The notes under the pieces: model-generated | Seen by the model: the letters and a program-made list of their open reading frames with translations, nothing else | Databases searched by the model: none | What the model was told of the DNA's origin: nothing | Translations under genes and position numbers: made by a program | Assembly: GCA_976226885.1 (NCBI GenBank) | Contig: OZ320315.1 | Coordinates: 88,474,001 to 88,538,000, forward strand | Length of the DNA: 64,000 bases | Source of the DNA: Iphione sp. A-MEVVRFRX5 | Lineage: Eukaryota | Direction of reading: 5' to 3' | Part shown: positions 63,646-64,000 of the stretch, piece by piece | How the letters are laid out: every line of letters starts with the position of its first letter | How positions within the stretch are numbered: position 1 is the first letter of the stretch

Positions 63646-64000
63646 ACAAGGGGGGGACCTTTTATCTCGTACAGTTTGTATTACGTGTTTGTACTCAACA
63701 CTTTCATATTGTCACACTCCCAAGTAAACCACTATAGCATTGATCGCGTCCAAGAGCCGACATTCCTGTGAGCGTGTGTGTTGACACGAGAGACACCTGC
63801 TCCGGGAACACAAAAGGCTACGAGAGACAGGTAGAAACATGCTGAGGTTGTCTGAAAAGTCCGACACGGTGTTTCGCTGAAGTCTTTTATGCCAGTGCCA
63901 TCATTATTCATCGCTTTGTATGCAGAGACCGACATGAATAGGTTACGGGAGGGAGGGGGGGGGGCGGAGAACGGAAGGCAAGAAATGGTTGAGTGTTTCA

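Noticed and set aside
1-64000. ORFs of 60-178 aa in the supplied track as real genes
   Set aside because: None resembles a known protein family as a whole; many overlap on opposite strands or derive from repeats, GC-rich islands or N runs. Their sizes fit random expectation.
1-64000. Hox or other homeobox gene cluster
   Set aside because: Despite many homeodomain-type sites, I found no homeobox (WFQN-type), hexapeptide, HMG, forkhead or miR-10 sequence. CCATAAA sites are not above rough expectation.

Overview
Eukaryotic, almost entirely non-coding animal genomic DNA. It is AT-rich overall, with many short GC/CpG-rich, motif-dense islands. The style (frequent TACATGTA, long poly-G/C runs, pogo- and Harbinger-type MITEs, a Penelope relic) suggests an invertebrate bilaterian, plausibly amphioxus-like; this is inference only. 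I found no intact protein-coding gene, RNA gene, CRISPR array or prokaryotic system, and the ORF track is essentially background. Supported features are: a decayed Penelope-like retroelement (RT thumb plus GIY-YIG remnants, 14.1-14.6 kb, minus strand); one clean Tc1/pogo-type MITE and several degraded ones; a three-copy PIF/Harbinger-like MITE family; a probable solo LTR; a frameshifted Kelch-repeat-like relic; several mini- and microsatellites, one with higher-order structure; and two assembly gaps. There are also several candidate promoters or first exons (about 10.6, 16, 33.8, 34.7 and 55.9 kb) and candidate CTCF, RFX and nuclear-receptor sites. The best overall reading is a large intron or gene desert forming a cis-regulatory landscape whose target gene lies mostly outside the window. 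All coordinates, counts and translations were done by eye. I do not claim a new biological system; the findings are leads.
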